Positions 34,505-47,209 of a DNA stretch of 64,000 bases are shown here, piece after piece (position 1 is the first letter of the stretch; each line of letters begins with the position of its first letter). The position numbers and the translations under genes are program-made. The notes under the pieces are model-generated. The model did not search any database and was not told where the DNA came from. It saw only the letters and a program-made list of their open reading frames with translations. The stretch covers positions 62,001 through 126,000 of the forward strand of contig CDMY01000520.1 in NCBI GenBank assembly GCA_001179505.1, given 5' to 3'. This DNA comes from Vitrella brassicaformis CCMP3155. Its lineage: Eukaryota > Protista > Chromerida.

Positions 34505-34988
34505 GTCAATCAGAAAGCAGACCGATGTGCCTCACCTGCCTGTCACTGCCTTTCACGAAAGAAGAGGTCAGGGTATGAAACCCTGCTCAACAACCCTACA
34601 GCCGGCGTCAGGCCCGGGGGACACAACTACGACGCAGACGACCCCTCCACCATCTTCCCCGGCACATACATACGCCAAGTCAACACTCAGGCAAGATCCA
34701 CCACCCACTTGATGGAACACACGCGCGAAAAGGGAGGCGGTGTCTCACTCCCTCCCTGAAGGCGCATTGCCCAAAAATTACACAAACACTAATAGACTGG
34801 CCTACTAAAGGAATCACGTGTGCGTGCCGTGCATGGCCAAACCACACACGCCAGGAAGACCAAGGACGTACGTACGCCGGCAACTAAGGGAGCCGCAAAA
34901 AACGAATGTGACAAAACAGACAGGCCGCACGGACATATCCGCGCACCAGCATCCACAAAAGCACGTATACACACATGCAGCCACTCAG

Positions 34989-37900
34989 TCATCGGGGCGA
35001 CACACGGCCGTTGTTGGCCTGGTGACCCTTGTCCGCTTGCCTTGCCGTCTTGAAGGCGGTGTACACGTCCTTCCAGCCGGGGCCAGCATTGATCAGCCGA
35101 TCCACAACGAACGCCATGCTACTCTGCACGTACCACATGGCCACACGCAGAGCGACAGGGAGAACAGGGAAGCAGAGAGGATATGCGAGTCTGACACGGT
35201 GTCGCTGGTGCTTGTTTGGATACCTGGAAGTCGGTGAATGGTATGCCTTCGGTGTTGGTGGTGTCGTCGGTGACGGCCTCTTCCTGAATCGTGTTCATCA
35301 GGTCCACAAAGGATGACGAAGACGCCCTGTACAGAGAAGACTGGCCGCCCACCTGAGCATGCACACGCAACAGACAGACAGACAGACAGACAGGCCCGAC
35401 ACTCAAACGAAGGGCAGATGAACGAGGCCTCGTGCACACCCTGAGTTCCAAGGAGGGCAGGAGGACGATCCGCTCGTTGCCTGACGTCGGATCCTAAATG
35501 GTCCGCCGCCTAGCCTTGTGCACCTTAAATGTCTGGTGCCAGAGGAACTCCACAAAGTCGCATGGGATGGCCTGGATGCCCACTTGCTCGATGACCTCCT
35601 GCATCGCCTCGCTCGTCAGATTCATCACCTCAGAACACCACCGCTTCCGCCGGTCGCTCTCCACACGACGCGCACGCATAGTTCGTGACGTCAGAGTCTT
35701 GGCTACCGTCGACATGCGATACCACACCTCCTTCAGCGGATTGGCCGACCGGCCGGACGCCTCGGTCGGTATCACCGAGGATGGCTCGAGGGATGCGGGC
35801 ATTTGGGGGCTCGGTGCTTGTTCCGGTGGCAGGCTGTCAGCAGCTCGCCCGGCTTCTCCTTTCGACGCACTGGGAAGCTGGGGACCCGCCGGCGGTGGCT
35901 CTTGCGATCTCGACTCGTCTGCGATGAAGGTCGGAAACGGGCGAAGAGCATCCTCTGGCAGCCGCTGCTCGGGCTCGTAGACGCTCGCCGCGTCGTGCTT
36001 TCTCAAATCGTTGTAGCCCTCAGCTCCAGACGATCCCTCTAGTAGTGCGGCTGGTGCGCTGTGTGACGTCATCGGGACTGGAAGGGGCAGCGAAGAGGCA
36101 GGCATCGCTGCATCGACGATGTAGCTGCACGATCGCTTGCCCGGCTGACGTGAGGAAGATGTGCTTGATGGCGTGGCTGCTGCCCTCCCCTTGGCCCCGC
36201 CATCGCTGGTCTTAAGGCATATCGTCAGCTGACTGCCGTCTGCGTCGAGCCGCACTACTGGGACTCGTGCCCGCCTCCTGTCCTCAAGGTATCCGAGCAT
36301 GAAGGCAACCCGACGCATCGCCGCGAAGAGGATGCCGTCCTTCTTCTGTTCCACCCCTGGTTCATCTGGAAGATCCTGAAGCAGAATGGACGTCATCAGG
36401 AAACCTATGCACACACACATAGACGCAGGCACGCGTGACCGACCGGACGCCCTCAATCAACAGTGGTGGTTGTCTGGCTGGTGTGGCTGGCTCACCAATA
36501 GAGTGGTGTATAGTGTGATAAATGAGAGCGATGATGTGGCAGACATTGATCAGCACGATGACGCCTGTCAGCACGTATCCCAGCCCCAGCTGCACCTCCT
36601 GGCTGACAGTCGGGTGGGCGGCTGTCGACGCCAGCAGCATCAGACACCACAGTGAGACGTTCCAAATCAGCAAACCTGAAATCAATCGATCGACAGACCA
36701 ACAGACTGACGCACCCGACCATGCAGGCAGTGTGGCCTTGGCGCCTACATACCTTGCGCCTCCATGCGATTGAGAATATTGAACGATCTGCTGTCGAAGG
36801 GCCTCACCCACAGCTGCACGATGAGCGACGAGGCAGCCACGAGCTGCCAACACACCAGCTGGATCATCCCATCACCCAAAGACGCTCCCGCTTCCGCAAT
36901 GATAAGGGTGGCTATCCGCCGCAGAGCAAAACAGACATCCCAGTAGAAGAAGGACCGACGGTAGCCGTTGTAGAGAAATCCCAGGTTCTTGCGCGTCTGC
37001 CGCTTGTAGAGCCGCCCCGACCGCTGGTACGAGCACAGAATGCTCAGTGCCGCGATGACCGGGCCGAAGGACCACACGCACAGCCCCACGACGGAGACAA
37101 TGGTGAAGGTGAGGCGCTGGCCGGTGTAGCAGAGGATTGAGGGGTCGAGCAGTGAGCGGCGGACGGTTGGATAGGGCTCCTGGAGGAGTTCGCCGGGGTG
37201 CGCTGACAAGGGGATGGATGGAAAGTGTCGACAAGGGAGGATCTCCAGCAGCTGACGCGTCACGGCTGAGACACGACAACGACACAACGGCACAGCACAC
37301 CACACCGCCATCTCCTTGCCTCGTCTGTCTGCCTATCTATCGCTGCCCAGCTCACTTGGGTGGATGAACGTGAGGCACACTATCCACAGCTGGGGCGACA
37401 CGAAGTACTGCAGCAACTTGTCCCTCGCTCTCCGCCACCTCTCGCTGAGGCTGCCCGATTGTGACTGCCGCTGGCCAGAACGGTGGGTTTGGGGCTGCTC
37501 CTGCTCATGTGGGTCTGCAACATCGTCGTCTGTGTGAGGCTTGTTTGTGCCCGGGAAGCACATCTGGGAGAGGTTGGAGGCCTTGCAATGAAGAGGCAGA
37601 GTTTGCCATAGACCCCACAGCAGAGTGGCGACGGTCAGCCTGGTAATGCACAAATTGACACGATTTGAGCTGTCGCTGGCTGATTGATCGACTGACCAGA
37701 CGAGCGGGAGTGCAATCCACGAGGCCCTCCTGGCCAGCATCACGTCGCTGCCCCGCATCCCGCCATCCCTCAGAAGACACTCCCAGCTGAAACAACAACG
37801 CCAACATGCGAGAAAGGCTGGACGGCTGGCCACAGCCTTGCTTACGTGACGTCTGCCGTCGGCACTCCACCTGCATCAACACACATAAAGGCATACAAGA

Positions 37901-40900
37901 CGATATAGCCGGTAGCCTGCCTTCACTGGGCCGCGCATACTTACCGTCCCATCGGAAGGCCCACCGAAGAAGTTCGATGCCGTCCGGCGGCAGCATGCGC
38001 GAAGAATGGAGGCCAAAGAATGTCAGGGCGCTAACCTGAGTGCACAGTGGCAAACACACGCATGACAGGCACACGCAGGGGAGTCAGGCAAGCAAAGTGG
38101 TCTTATTTCGCTTGGCTTGAGGTGTCCGACAGGGCGAGTCACTGACCGCTGTGAGGTGGTAGAGACCTGTGTGAGTGACAGATACACACACACACACACA
38201 CACACAGAGGTGACAGCTTCGTGTGCTTTCTGAGTCTCTTTCACTGCTGACCGATCTTAATCAGCATCGCATGGACATGAGCACGAGGCAGCACACTCGA
38301 CCTATACACAGGCACACAACCAACGACTGGAGCCAGGCAGCAGGTCAGTCGGCCGTTTGTGTTGCCGCACCTCTGTGAGAGTGTGGTGGCAATGAATATG
38401 ACAATTAAGACGACCACATACAGGACGACGGCTCCCGTGGTGTTCCACCCGTGGCTGCCGCATCTCCTGCACAGACCCGACAGTGTCCCCACACTCCGCC
38501 AGCCCTTGACGCAGCTCCCGCACATGGGACCCGTGTGACCATCCTGATTGACCGATCGAACACACACACACACACACACGCACGGGCGCATCACACTAGC
38601 AAGTGGTTGTCCGTCGCGCCATATCGCCGTCTCGTCTTGCCTTGCATTTGTTGAGCTTTGTGACGGTCTGCGTGGCTGCGTCCCAGTCCGAGCCCTCACA
38701 GGCCTCCGGAACAGGACACCGCACCAACACAGGCCGAGAAGTCACGTGTGCATCATATCTGAACGAATCACAGCAGCACAGGTGTCGACATAGAGTGTGA
38801 TGTGCACACACACATACTTACGTTGATATCGGCACCGGCAGCCGTCGGTAGGTGACGTTCGTCTCAGGGTCCACCCACACGGGCGGCAGAGCGAGCTCTT
38901 CTGCAACAGCTTCACCGCCACCCGCCCCCCTGAGCGGCGCTCTACGCCGCTCAGGCGTCACATTTGCTGCACTGACTTCAAGCTCCGTTGTGTATGCCGA
39001 CAGAGGGATGCCGCGCACAAGACCGAGTCGCCCCAAAGGCAGAGATCGATTGCTGCTGTTGTCGGCCTCCACTCTGACGACGGCGCCATGCCGGTTGCAG
39101 AAACTTTTTAAGGGAGCCTCTGTCGACTTGGCCGCCAGCACGGGCACGAGCAGGGGCACATCCATGTCCAGCTCGTACCAGCTCGGCTGCACGAGAAATG
39201 GACGCTGAGAGTCTGTGAGCTCCATGCCCTCGGAGCTGCTGCCACGTGTGTCGCAGAGGCTTGAGCTATCCGTATGTGGCATCCGTTTCAGGCTCTCCTC
39301 TGGAAGTAGAAAACACTCTTTTGTACATGATCGCTGTGAACGAAACAAATGAAAGATCGAACAAAACAAGTAAAAGATCATCAGAACTGATGGCTGCTCA
39401 TGTCTCTCATTGTTGTTCCGCGTACATTGCGTATAGTTCTTCGCAATAACAGCCCTGTCGTGATGTGCTCGCAATCGGTGAGGTTGAGTGGAGACCAGGA
39501 CAGCGTATGCATGGAACAGTATCGCCCTGAACTGCCTTGTAGGTGCCTGAATGTGATAGCAGAATCAAACGTGTCATTGGAGCTTGCCCGCTTACCTGCT
39601 GGACACGGGCTGCATCTGTTGCCTTTGAATTCATAGCCTCGATCACACGCTGAGCAGGCTGTGCCATTTATTGCAACTGCAAACCTCAAATCACGCAGAG
39701 AATGCCGTTGATAGAGGATTGATAGGGAATCAGAGATTTTTCGATATTTACCTCGGCCAAGGGGGCATTTCTGACATTTCTGAATGCCCTGAGCATGTAT
39801 CGTCACTGAACAAACAGAAACACCCACACTCATACAGGGATGCGTGAACTGAGAGAGATTGGCTATTTGGCAGCAGTGCTCACCCTGGCCAGGCGGGCAT
39901 TGAGTGCAGTTCAGCCTTCTCCCCTCCCATCCATCCTTGCAGCGACACAATGCATCAACATTTACTGTTACATCCGCCTGGCCATAAAAGTCAAGACGGA
40001 GCGAGAGGAAAATCTGATTCATTCCTTTCTTCTTACATATACTTTGACTCCCAAGGCATTTGTACATATGTCCGTGCACTCGACGGCCGGATGGACCTCC
40101 CATACAAAGTCCTCCCAATAGTGGTCTGTATGATTCCTACGCCACTCGCTATACGGGAGATAATCTATGAATACAAACACACATTCACCATTCATCACAG
40201 CCACCTAACGTATAATGGCTCTAAATTTTCCTACCGTCATGATCGGCAACAAGCTGGGCAGCAAGCTGAAACGAATTTTCTCGCGCTTCCCTGTGAGCTG
40301 AGCACGATTTGCTGCTGTGCGGCAGTATCTGCGAAAGAAAATGCATTAAACATTGAACAGATAACTTTCTGAATCCTCCACGCACCTGAAGCCTCAGCTT
40401 TCTGTTGTGAAGAAGATAAAGATACCTCAGGGAGGCAGGAGTGGAGTGCCTAAACAGAACCATACCATGCAAGTTAAGGCACATTGCATACAGAGACTTG
40501 AGACGTGAACGAAGAACATACCATCCATCGCGTATGTCCTCAATTTCATTCACGTTCAGCAGGAGCTCACTTAATGACTCGAATCCCTTATGCGTCCTCA
40601 GGTTGATGTCTGGATATAAGTCATCAATCGTCAGCGCGTAGTCTAGCTTCTCCACATCCATCGACAGATCAGAATCGTCAGCCACACTCTCATTGGCCGA
40701 CTCCGCAGGCGACCCATAATTGTCGCTCACCATATCCATACTTGTAGCGTTCGTTTGCAACCGATAAGCCGCCATGAACGAAGCCTTGTATCGCATGAAT
40801 AAGGGCGTATTGAGGAGTCCTGTATCAAAGACCTGTTGCAAGTCGAAAGTCGTCACCGCATCTGCCGTCAAAGAGCCGTGAAGGCCGTTGACGCGCCCGG

Positions 40901-43479
40901 TCAGGCGCCGAAGAGACCTTTGCCACTTCCAGGGCATCAGAAACTCGTCTACAGTCGTATTGAAGCGGTTTCTGCTCATCTCAAGCGAGTGGAGTTGTGG
41001 CCAGTAAGGAGGCGGATTGGCTAGGACTTGAGCTACGAAGCGAGCACTCGGACCTGACACCATAGGTCATACACCCATGAATCATACTATTGATTTATCG
41101 GCTGTACTTGAGACAGCGGGAAGAGCAGATAAATGTACTCCCCATTTGAGTGGCTCCAGACGGTTGCCGGAAAGCCACAGTTCCCTTACTGCAGCAGTCA
41201 CGCAATATTGTGAGTGCATTATTGTCTGCATCAGTGCGTTGATTGTCTGTATGAAGCGCGTGCTTTTACATGTGCTTACGATTGTCTAGACGTCTCCACC
41301 CAGGAGGGATGCGTGAAAGGAGATTGTCGGAGAGAAGAAGTACCTCCAGCCTAGATGCATTACAGCAATATACATGTCTACGTGCAAGTCACTCATCGCT
41401 GACTTACTTGGACGGTATACGTCAGTCACCCTCAAAACCATGAAAGGCATTACGATTGAGGTACAGCTTTTTCAGAGAATCCATACGGCTCAGCCACGCT
41501 GGTATAACGCCTGCGAGACGATTAGTAGATAGATCAATATGCTGGACATGCCGGAGGCCCTCGAGTGTTGCAGATAGCTGATCAACACTGACAGTAGCAC
41601 ACACAAATAGCGATCCGTCGCACTCTCTGTTACAGCAACCGACCTTGTTTCTTCAATGTCGAGTCTGCGCAGTCTCCAGAGTCCATTTAGAGAATCAGGA
41701 ATAGGACCCTCAATACCCTAACAACACGGATGATGCATGAACAGCGGGAATAAGCTATAGGATTGTGTCATGTACCTTGCACTTGTGAATGACTAAGTCT
41801 CGCAGAGAAGTGACGTTGCCGTAGGCGGCCGGGATGGTGCCCGTGGCATTCTCACAGTTCTCTAGCCAAAATCTGTGAAGCTTGGGCATGTTCTTGAGAG
41901 CCGGCAGCGCGCCCGTTATGGCCGTACTGCTCATAAGAAACACTTCCAGGGACTCACAATGGTCGAAAGCATTTACAAGAGAGCCCGTGATGCTCTTGCC
42001 TGACAGCCTCACTATCCTCAAAGTGGTGCATTGAGGGGGAGGGGCGGCCGCAGACAAGTTGGCCTCTTGGCCGTGAAAGAGTGAGCGCACGTTGAAGCCC
42101 AATGGGTTGCGGCTGAGGGAGAGTACCTCCACTGATTTGCCGAACATCGTATGGAAAGATGGTGGCAGAGTGCCATTCAACTGGGTGTCATCCAAATAGA
42201 GGCCGCGTAGGTCCGGCAAAGAGACAATGGCGTCGGGCAGCGGACCGCTGAGCTGACTCTGTAACATCACAGCCAGCAATCAAGAGAGAGCGAGAGAAAT
42301 CTAGAGGCTTGGGTATCCCGCCAGCTGCCTGGTTACCCCCACCTGATGTATGTACAGCAGTCTTGGCTGCACCATCTCGCCGATCCTCTCAGACAGTCTG
42401 CCATGTACGGGGGCATCTACCAGCACGACGCCGAGTAGTCCCTTCAGGTCGTAGAGAGATGAATGTAGCTTCACACCTCCACGAGGAAAGATAAGCCGCG
42501 TTTGCTGGCCAGGGTCAAGCACCATGATGTACCCGTCCACCATCCCATCGCCCCCTTCCATCCATTCCTCAACCACATGGCCTCCCATCCTCGACGGGCC
42601 CTCGTGCGTCGTCCGGAAACGAAGGCATACAATGAAAGGCAGATCGCACACGCGGAAACCCGCAGCAGCCGGACGCCCTCTCACCTCGATGTTCAGTGAG
42701 CGAATGAACTCCCTGAGTGGCCCGCCAGCATCCTCCTCACACACCATACAATCCTCATAAATGACACCCACTGTCCCATTGGTCTCATTGGCACCATCCG
42801 ATCCCACGAGCACACGCATCGATGTTCCGGGCATCACTCGATCCTCGGGACCGAACGGCCGATACTTGCGCAGCAGCTGCAGCTTCATCATCGCTGACAT
42901 GGCATGGCCGTCCTGCTGCGGTGAAGTACTGGTCGAGATGGCGGGAGTGTCGTCTGAGACTCTGAACGGTTCCCCGTAATCGTGCAGCATTTTTGAGTCA
43001 GCCGATACGCCATCAGCTACATCTCTCGTCAGCCCGTCGGTTGGTTCGGCGACCTGCAGCTGGCGGCTTGCTGCTGCTGCTGAGCGCTGATGACGCGGCA
43101 GCGAGTGCGATTGATAGAGAGAGAGCTCATGAGTGTCGTCATCGACCTCGTCACGATAAGACAGATGAGGCGCCGGAGGAAGTGCATCGGCCGAGTCCCT
43201 CCGCTCCGCTAGCCGCCCAACGATGAAAGCAGCTGCCATCCAGGCAGACACGCGACTCCCCTTGCCCCATAACGGCCCATGAGTCCCATTGCAGACACAC
43301 TCGCAGTGGCAAGGCCTGTCACATTGATCTTCCACAGTCGTATGTCCTCCGTCAGCCGGTCTTCCTCCTTTAACCGGCGAAGCGAGAGCAGGGACGAGTA
43401 ATAGAGCAGTACACAATCTCAACAAGAAGATCCGCCGCCGTCTTCGATGCGAGTCACATCGTGAATCCATTTGCTTCAC
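34989..43479 (-). CDS. Large receptor-like protein: signal peptide, leucine-rich repeats, Cys-rich (GCC2/GCC3-like) repeats, multi-pass TM domain, cytoplasmic tail
   Basis: Signal IFLLRLCTALLLVPALAS. Plant-type LRRs: LSGPLPDAIVSLPDLRGLYLDDTQLNGTLP, IDLSTNRLAGVIPAWLSRMDSLKKLYLNRN. Cys repeats: CRCKDGWEGRRLNCTQCPPG, CSACDRGYEFKGNRCSPCPAG, GHTGPMCGSCVKG. TM region has NLGFLYNGYRRSFFYWDVCFALRR and WVRPFDSRSFNILNRME. TGA at 34989-34991. Full exon connectivity was not verified. Confidence 0.7.
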
Positions 43480-43655
43480 AGCTTGACAAAGTCTGTGGTC
43501 TGTGGGGAGGCGTAGGGCATGAAGAGGGTGCTGATGGATGAAACTCGAGCTGCGAGCTCAGGATCGCCACCTCCCTTCTTTGCTTCTGATTAGAAGGTGT
43601 CGGAGGTTCCGAAGACGGGACGGACTTGGGACAACTAGTGCGGAATGGCCCTGCA

Positions 43656-46600
43656 ATGAAGGGGGCGTCCTCTGCTGACCAGTGCGAGACGGGCGAGGGA
43701 GGGCCCTGGTACATGCCCTTCTACGTCGACAGCATGCCCTTCCGGCAGCGGAGGCGGCAGGGCGCCATCCAGACTCTCGAACGGGACGTAGAAAGGATGC
43801 GCACCGACATCGGCGAAATCTTGCAGTCCGTCCGCTCCTCCCCCGGCAGAGAGCTTCATGACGGCGACGTCTTCCCCCTTCGCGCGAAAGTGGAGCAGCA
43901 CGCCTCCCTTCTGGACGAGATGAGGCGGCAGCAGGAGTCCATCTTGCTTCAGCAGAGCGAGCAGGAGACGCTAAAGGAGGATTTGAAAAGTGTCAAGGAA
44001 GAAGTGCAGCGGCTGAGGGGGCCTTTCCTGTCCGCCGCCTGGTGGGCGGGCTGGGACGGCTGATGGCGAGGGAGGCGGGGAGGGGGAGGGGGAGGGCGCA
44101 GGCAAGGACGAGGCGATTGCCCGGATGCAGTCGGAGGTGGAGGCGCTCAAGCAGCAGATGGACACCACACTCGGCATGCTCGTAATCATGGAACAATCGG
44201 GGCTGGACGAGAACCGGTTCCGTCCCAATTGTGTGTGCGTATTGTGTGTCGTGTGCAGCTTCAGATGACTCTCACGACGGACGTATTATGGACTGGACAG
44301 CAGGAGAGAGGCCGTCCTTTCGACACGGCACATACGCGCTCTCCCTGCCTCTGTGGTGGCGTGTTGCGTTGTGTGTTTGAATGCAACGTGTGTGTCAGGT
44401 TCGGCGTCTCGAGAGTGAGGTGTCTCGTCTGTCGTACGCGCAGACTCAGCTGGAGGAGGAGGTGCGGAAGCTGGAGGAGGTGAGGGCCGACGTGGAGGGC
44501 ATACAGAAGATACTCAAACATACACCCATCACACAAATGATACTCGCACACATACAGGTCAGCCAGGGAACAGGTGGGCGGGTGAGTGTGGATGCACTAA
44601 CTGCATGGGAGCATTCCCGCTATTTCGCTGTCAGGAGGTTCAGTCATCTTCTTCGGCAGGAGCAGCAGCCGCCCCAGGCTCGGCGTCTCCCGCTCATGTC
44701 TCGCAGGTAACCCACCCGCAGATGCCAGCGACTTTTGGCAGCATACTCCCATGCAATGCTGTCTGTCTGTCTTGTGCATGTCAGGTGCAGGGCGAGCCTG
44801 CAGAGCTTCTGGACATCGCCTCAGGCGTCCAGGAAATCCAATCCGTCCTGGAAAAGCTACAGATCAAGGCAACCACACACACACGCGAACACAAACCACT
44901 ATTCCCCTTTGACGAATGAATGCATAAATGCAGGAGGGCAACACGTCGCCACCTCCTGGGCGCCACCGGACCCAGGGCACCTGCTCCACACGTGGTTACG
45001 AGTCGCCGGGAAACACCAGCCTGTGGACGGCCGGACAGGCCGACGAGAGGTCCATGAACGGCACTGCCGGGGCCGGGGCGGGGGCGGGAGGGCAGGGGAA
45101 TGCTGCCGGGTTGCCTTACGACACGTTGGCGACAGTGGCCCAGATACAGAAACTGACTGATTCAGTCAACCACCTGCATGTGAGGGAACAAGCAGCCAGT
45201 AAAGAGCACTCAAGGACATCTATCCCATACCGTCTCTCCTGATTGGGATGGGATGTCTGCAGGGCAAGCTCAATCGGCACATCGCTGTGGCGGCCTCCCG
45301 CGCGTCCTCTCTGAGGTCAGGCCGCATGAACGACCAGTACATCCCCACCCCGACCACCCCCAACACGGTCCGCCACTACCCCTCCGGCGCCCTTAAGTGC
45401 CACATCGCACCGCTGCCCACGCTGTCCATCGACGAAGATGAGCCATCCAAGGAGCAGCAGCACAAGGGAGCCGACGGATTCCTGCTGCCGCCTGCGCGTG
45501 CAGACGGCAAGGACGGAAGGTGAGCAATACACAGAGGGCATACCAGGCAGACATAAGAAATGATTGTGTGTATAAGGAATATGGCCGCGAGTGGAGCATT
45601 GGATTTTCTCCACCCGATGCCCACTGCCCCGCCCCCGTCCGTGGCAGCGTCGCTGTCGGTGTCATCCGCATCGCCGTCTCAGGGCCTGGGCGGGAAGAAT
45701 GCTCCACCTGGGGCTCAGGCGGAGGAAGACAAGGAGAAGCTGGGAGGCACCGGGGGCAAGTCGGGGGCACCCTCTACGCCTAGGGAGGACACTGATGGAG
45801 GTATTGAGGGAAAAGAATGTGTGTATTGCGGGTTGTGTGTTTGGTTGGTTGATTGATTGTTTGGTGGTTATGCAGAGCGCGGCAACAGCTGTCCATCTTC
45901 CAACCCTGGGGTCGACAGCGAATATGAGAGCTACTACTGCTCTGATGACAACAGCAACACCACTCCGCCAGCGCCCAAGCCCATGACCACTATGAGCGGC
46001 CACCACCACAGCTCCCTCTCCAGCAGAAAGACCAAGCGGAGGAGCCTCAATAACACGGACACCCACAACCTCCCCCTGGAGCCCCTGTCGGTTTCGCCCG
46101 ACAGCAGCGGCAGAGTCAAGTCTGGGGTCACTCCCCCAGTGAGCCCACGAGACGTGGAAGTCACGATGGAGGAGCCTGCAAAGGGGCACAGCGCCAGTGA
46201 AGACGAGAAGGGCGTAGCCGCGGCCAGCAACAGCGTCTCCAGGCGGCCCTCCTCCCGGGACCGCCCCTACCGCCCTCGCGGCAGCATGAAGGCCCGCCAC
46301 TCACCGGGCAGCAGCACCAACTTCGCCCAGTCGCTGTCTCGCATGTTCCAGACCTTCTCACCGTTTGCCGGCATGGACCGCCAGAGCTCCGGGGGCCTTC
46401 CCGGCTTCACCTCCCCCGCCCCCATGAGGGGGTCGGCCAGCGCCCGGTTCTCTGCGCCCGCTGCCATGTCGAGCACCAAGGATGACAGCCCCTCCGACAC
46501 GACCACCACATCCGACGCGCTTCACGCCGAGGCGGCGACCGCGGACCAAGGAGACGAGACCACACCGAGGGAGTACGAGAGTGAGGTGGCTGCTGCCGGT

Positions 46601-46663
46601 GCTGGTGATAGTGCCGTTGAGGGAGCTGCCGGGGCGAAAGGGGCGGCTGACGTGGTGGCATGA
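43656..46663 (+). CDS. Coiled-coil plus disordered hypothetical protein, multi-exon
   Basis: Heptad-rich exons (LERDVERMRTDIGEIL, RLESEVSRLSYAQTQLEEEVRKLEEV) followed by Ser/Pro-rich low-complexity exons; TGA at 46663. Confidence 0.6.
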
Positions 46664-47209
46664 ACAGACCGTCTGAGCGCGGTGTCATGGTGCGTAATCT
46701 TTATCATTTCGGCGCGAATGGATTGGTTGGATTTGTGGTGGTGCATGGTGCGGGATGCATTGCGTCCATCGATCGGTGGCTGACTGGCTGAGTGAGCAAA
46801 TATGTTGGAGGAACGGCCACACGCACATACGTTGGCCAGACAGGCGGGCAATGCCTGATGCATGCGTGTGGGAGACTGGCGTTAGACTGATTGAATTGAA
46901 CGGCGTCGGCGCATACAAATCACACTGGCCACCATCAGAGTTGAGCGATACAACACACGCACACACAGACAGACAGACAGACAGACAGACATACAGGAGC
47001 TGGTCAAAGAAAGGCGCTGCACAATCAGGACACAGCCCCGAAGCACCTCCGACCAGCACACATACAAAGGAGTGCATCCGCCATCACCAGCTCTCATCAG
47101 GGTGCATTTATTCCTCCTTCTGATCCCGGTCCCGGCGACTCGGACTGGTGTATAATGTCAATTATGGTGCATTAGGGACAAGAAAGGACACACACATAAT
47201 GAAACACAT

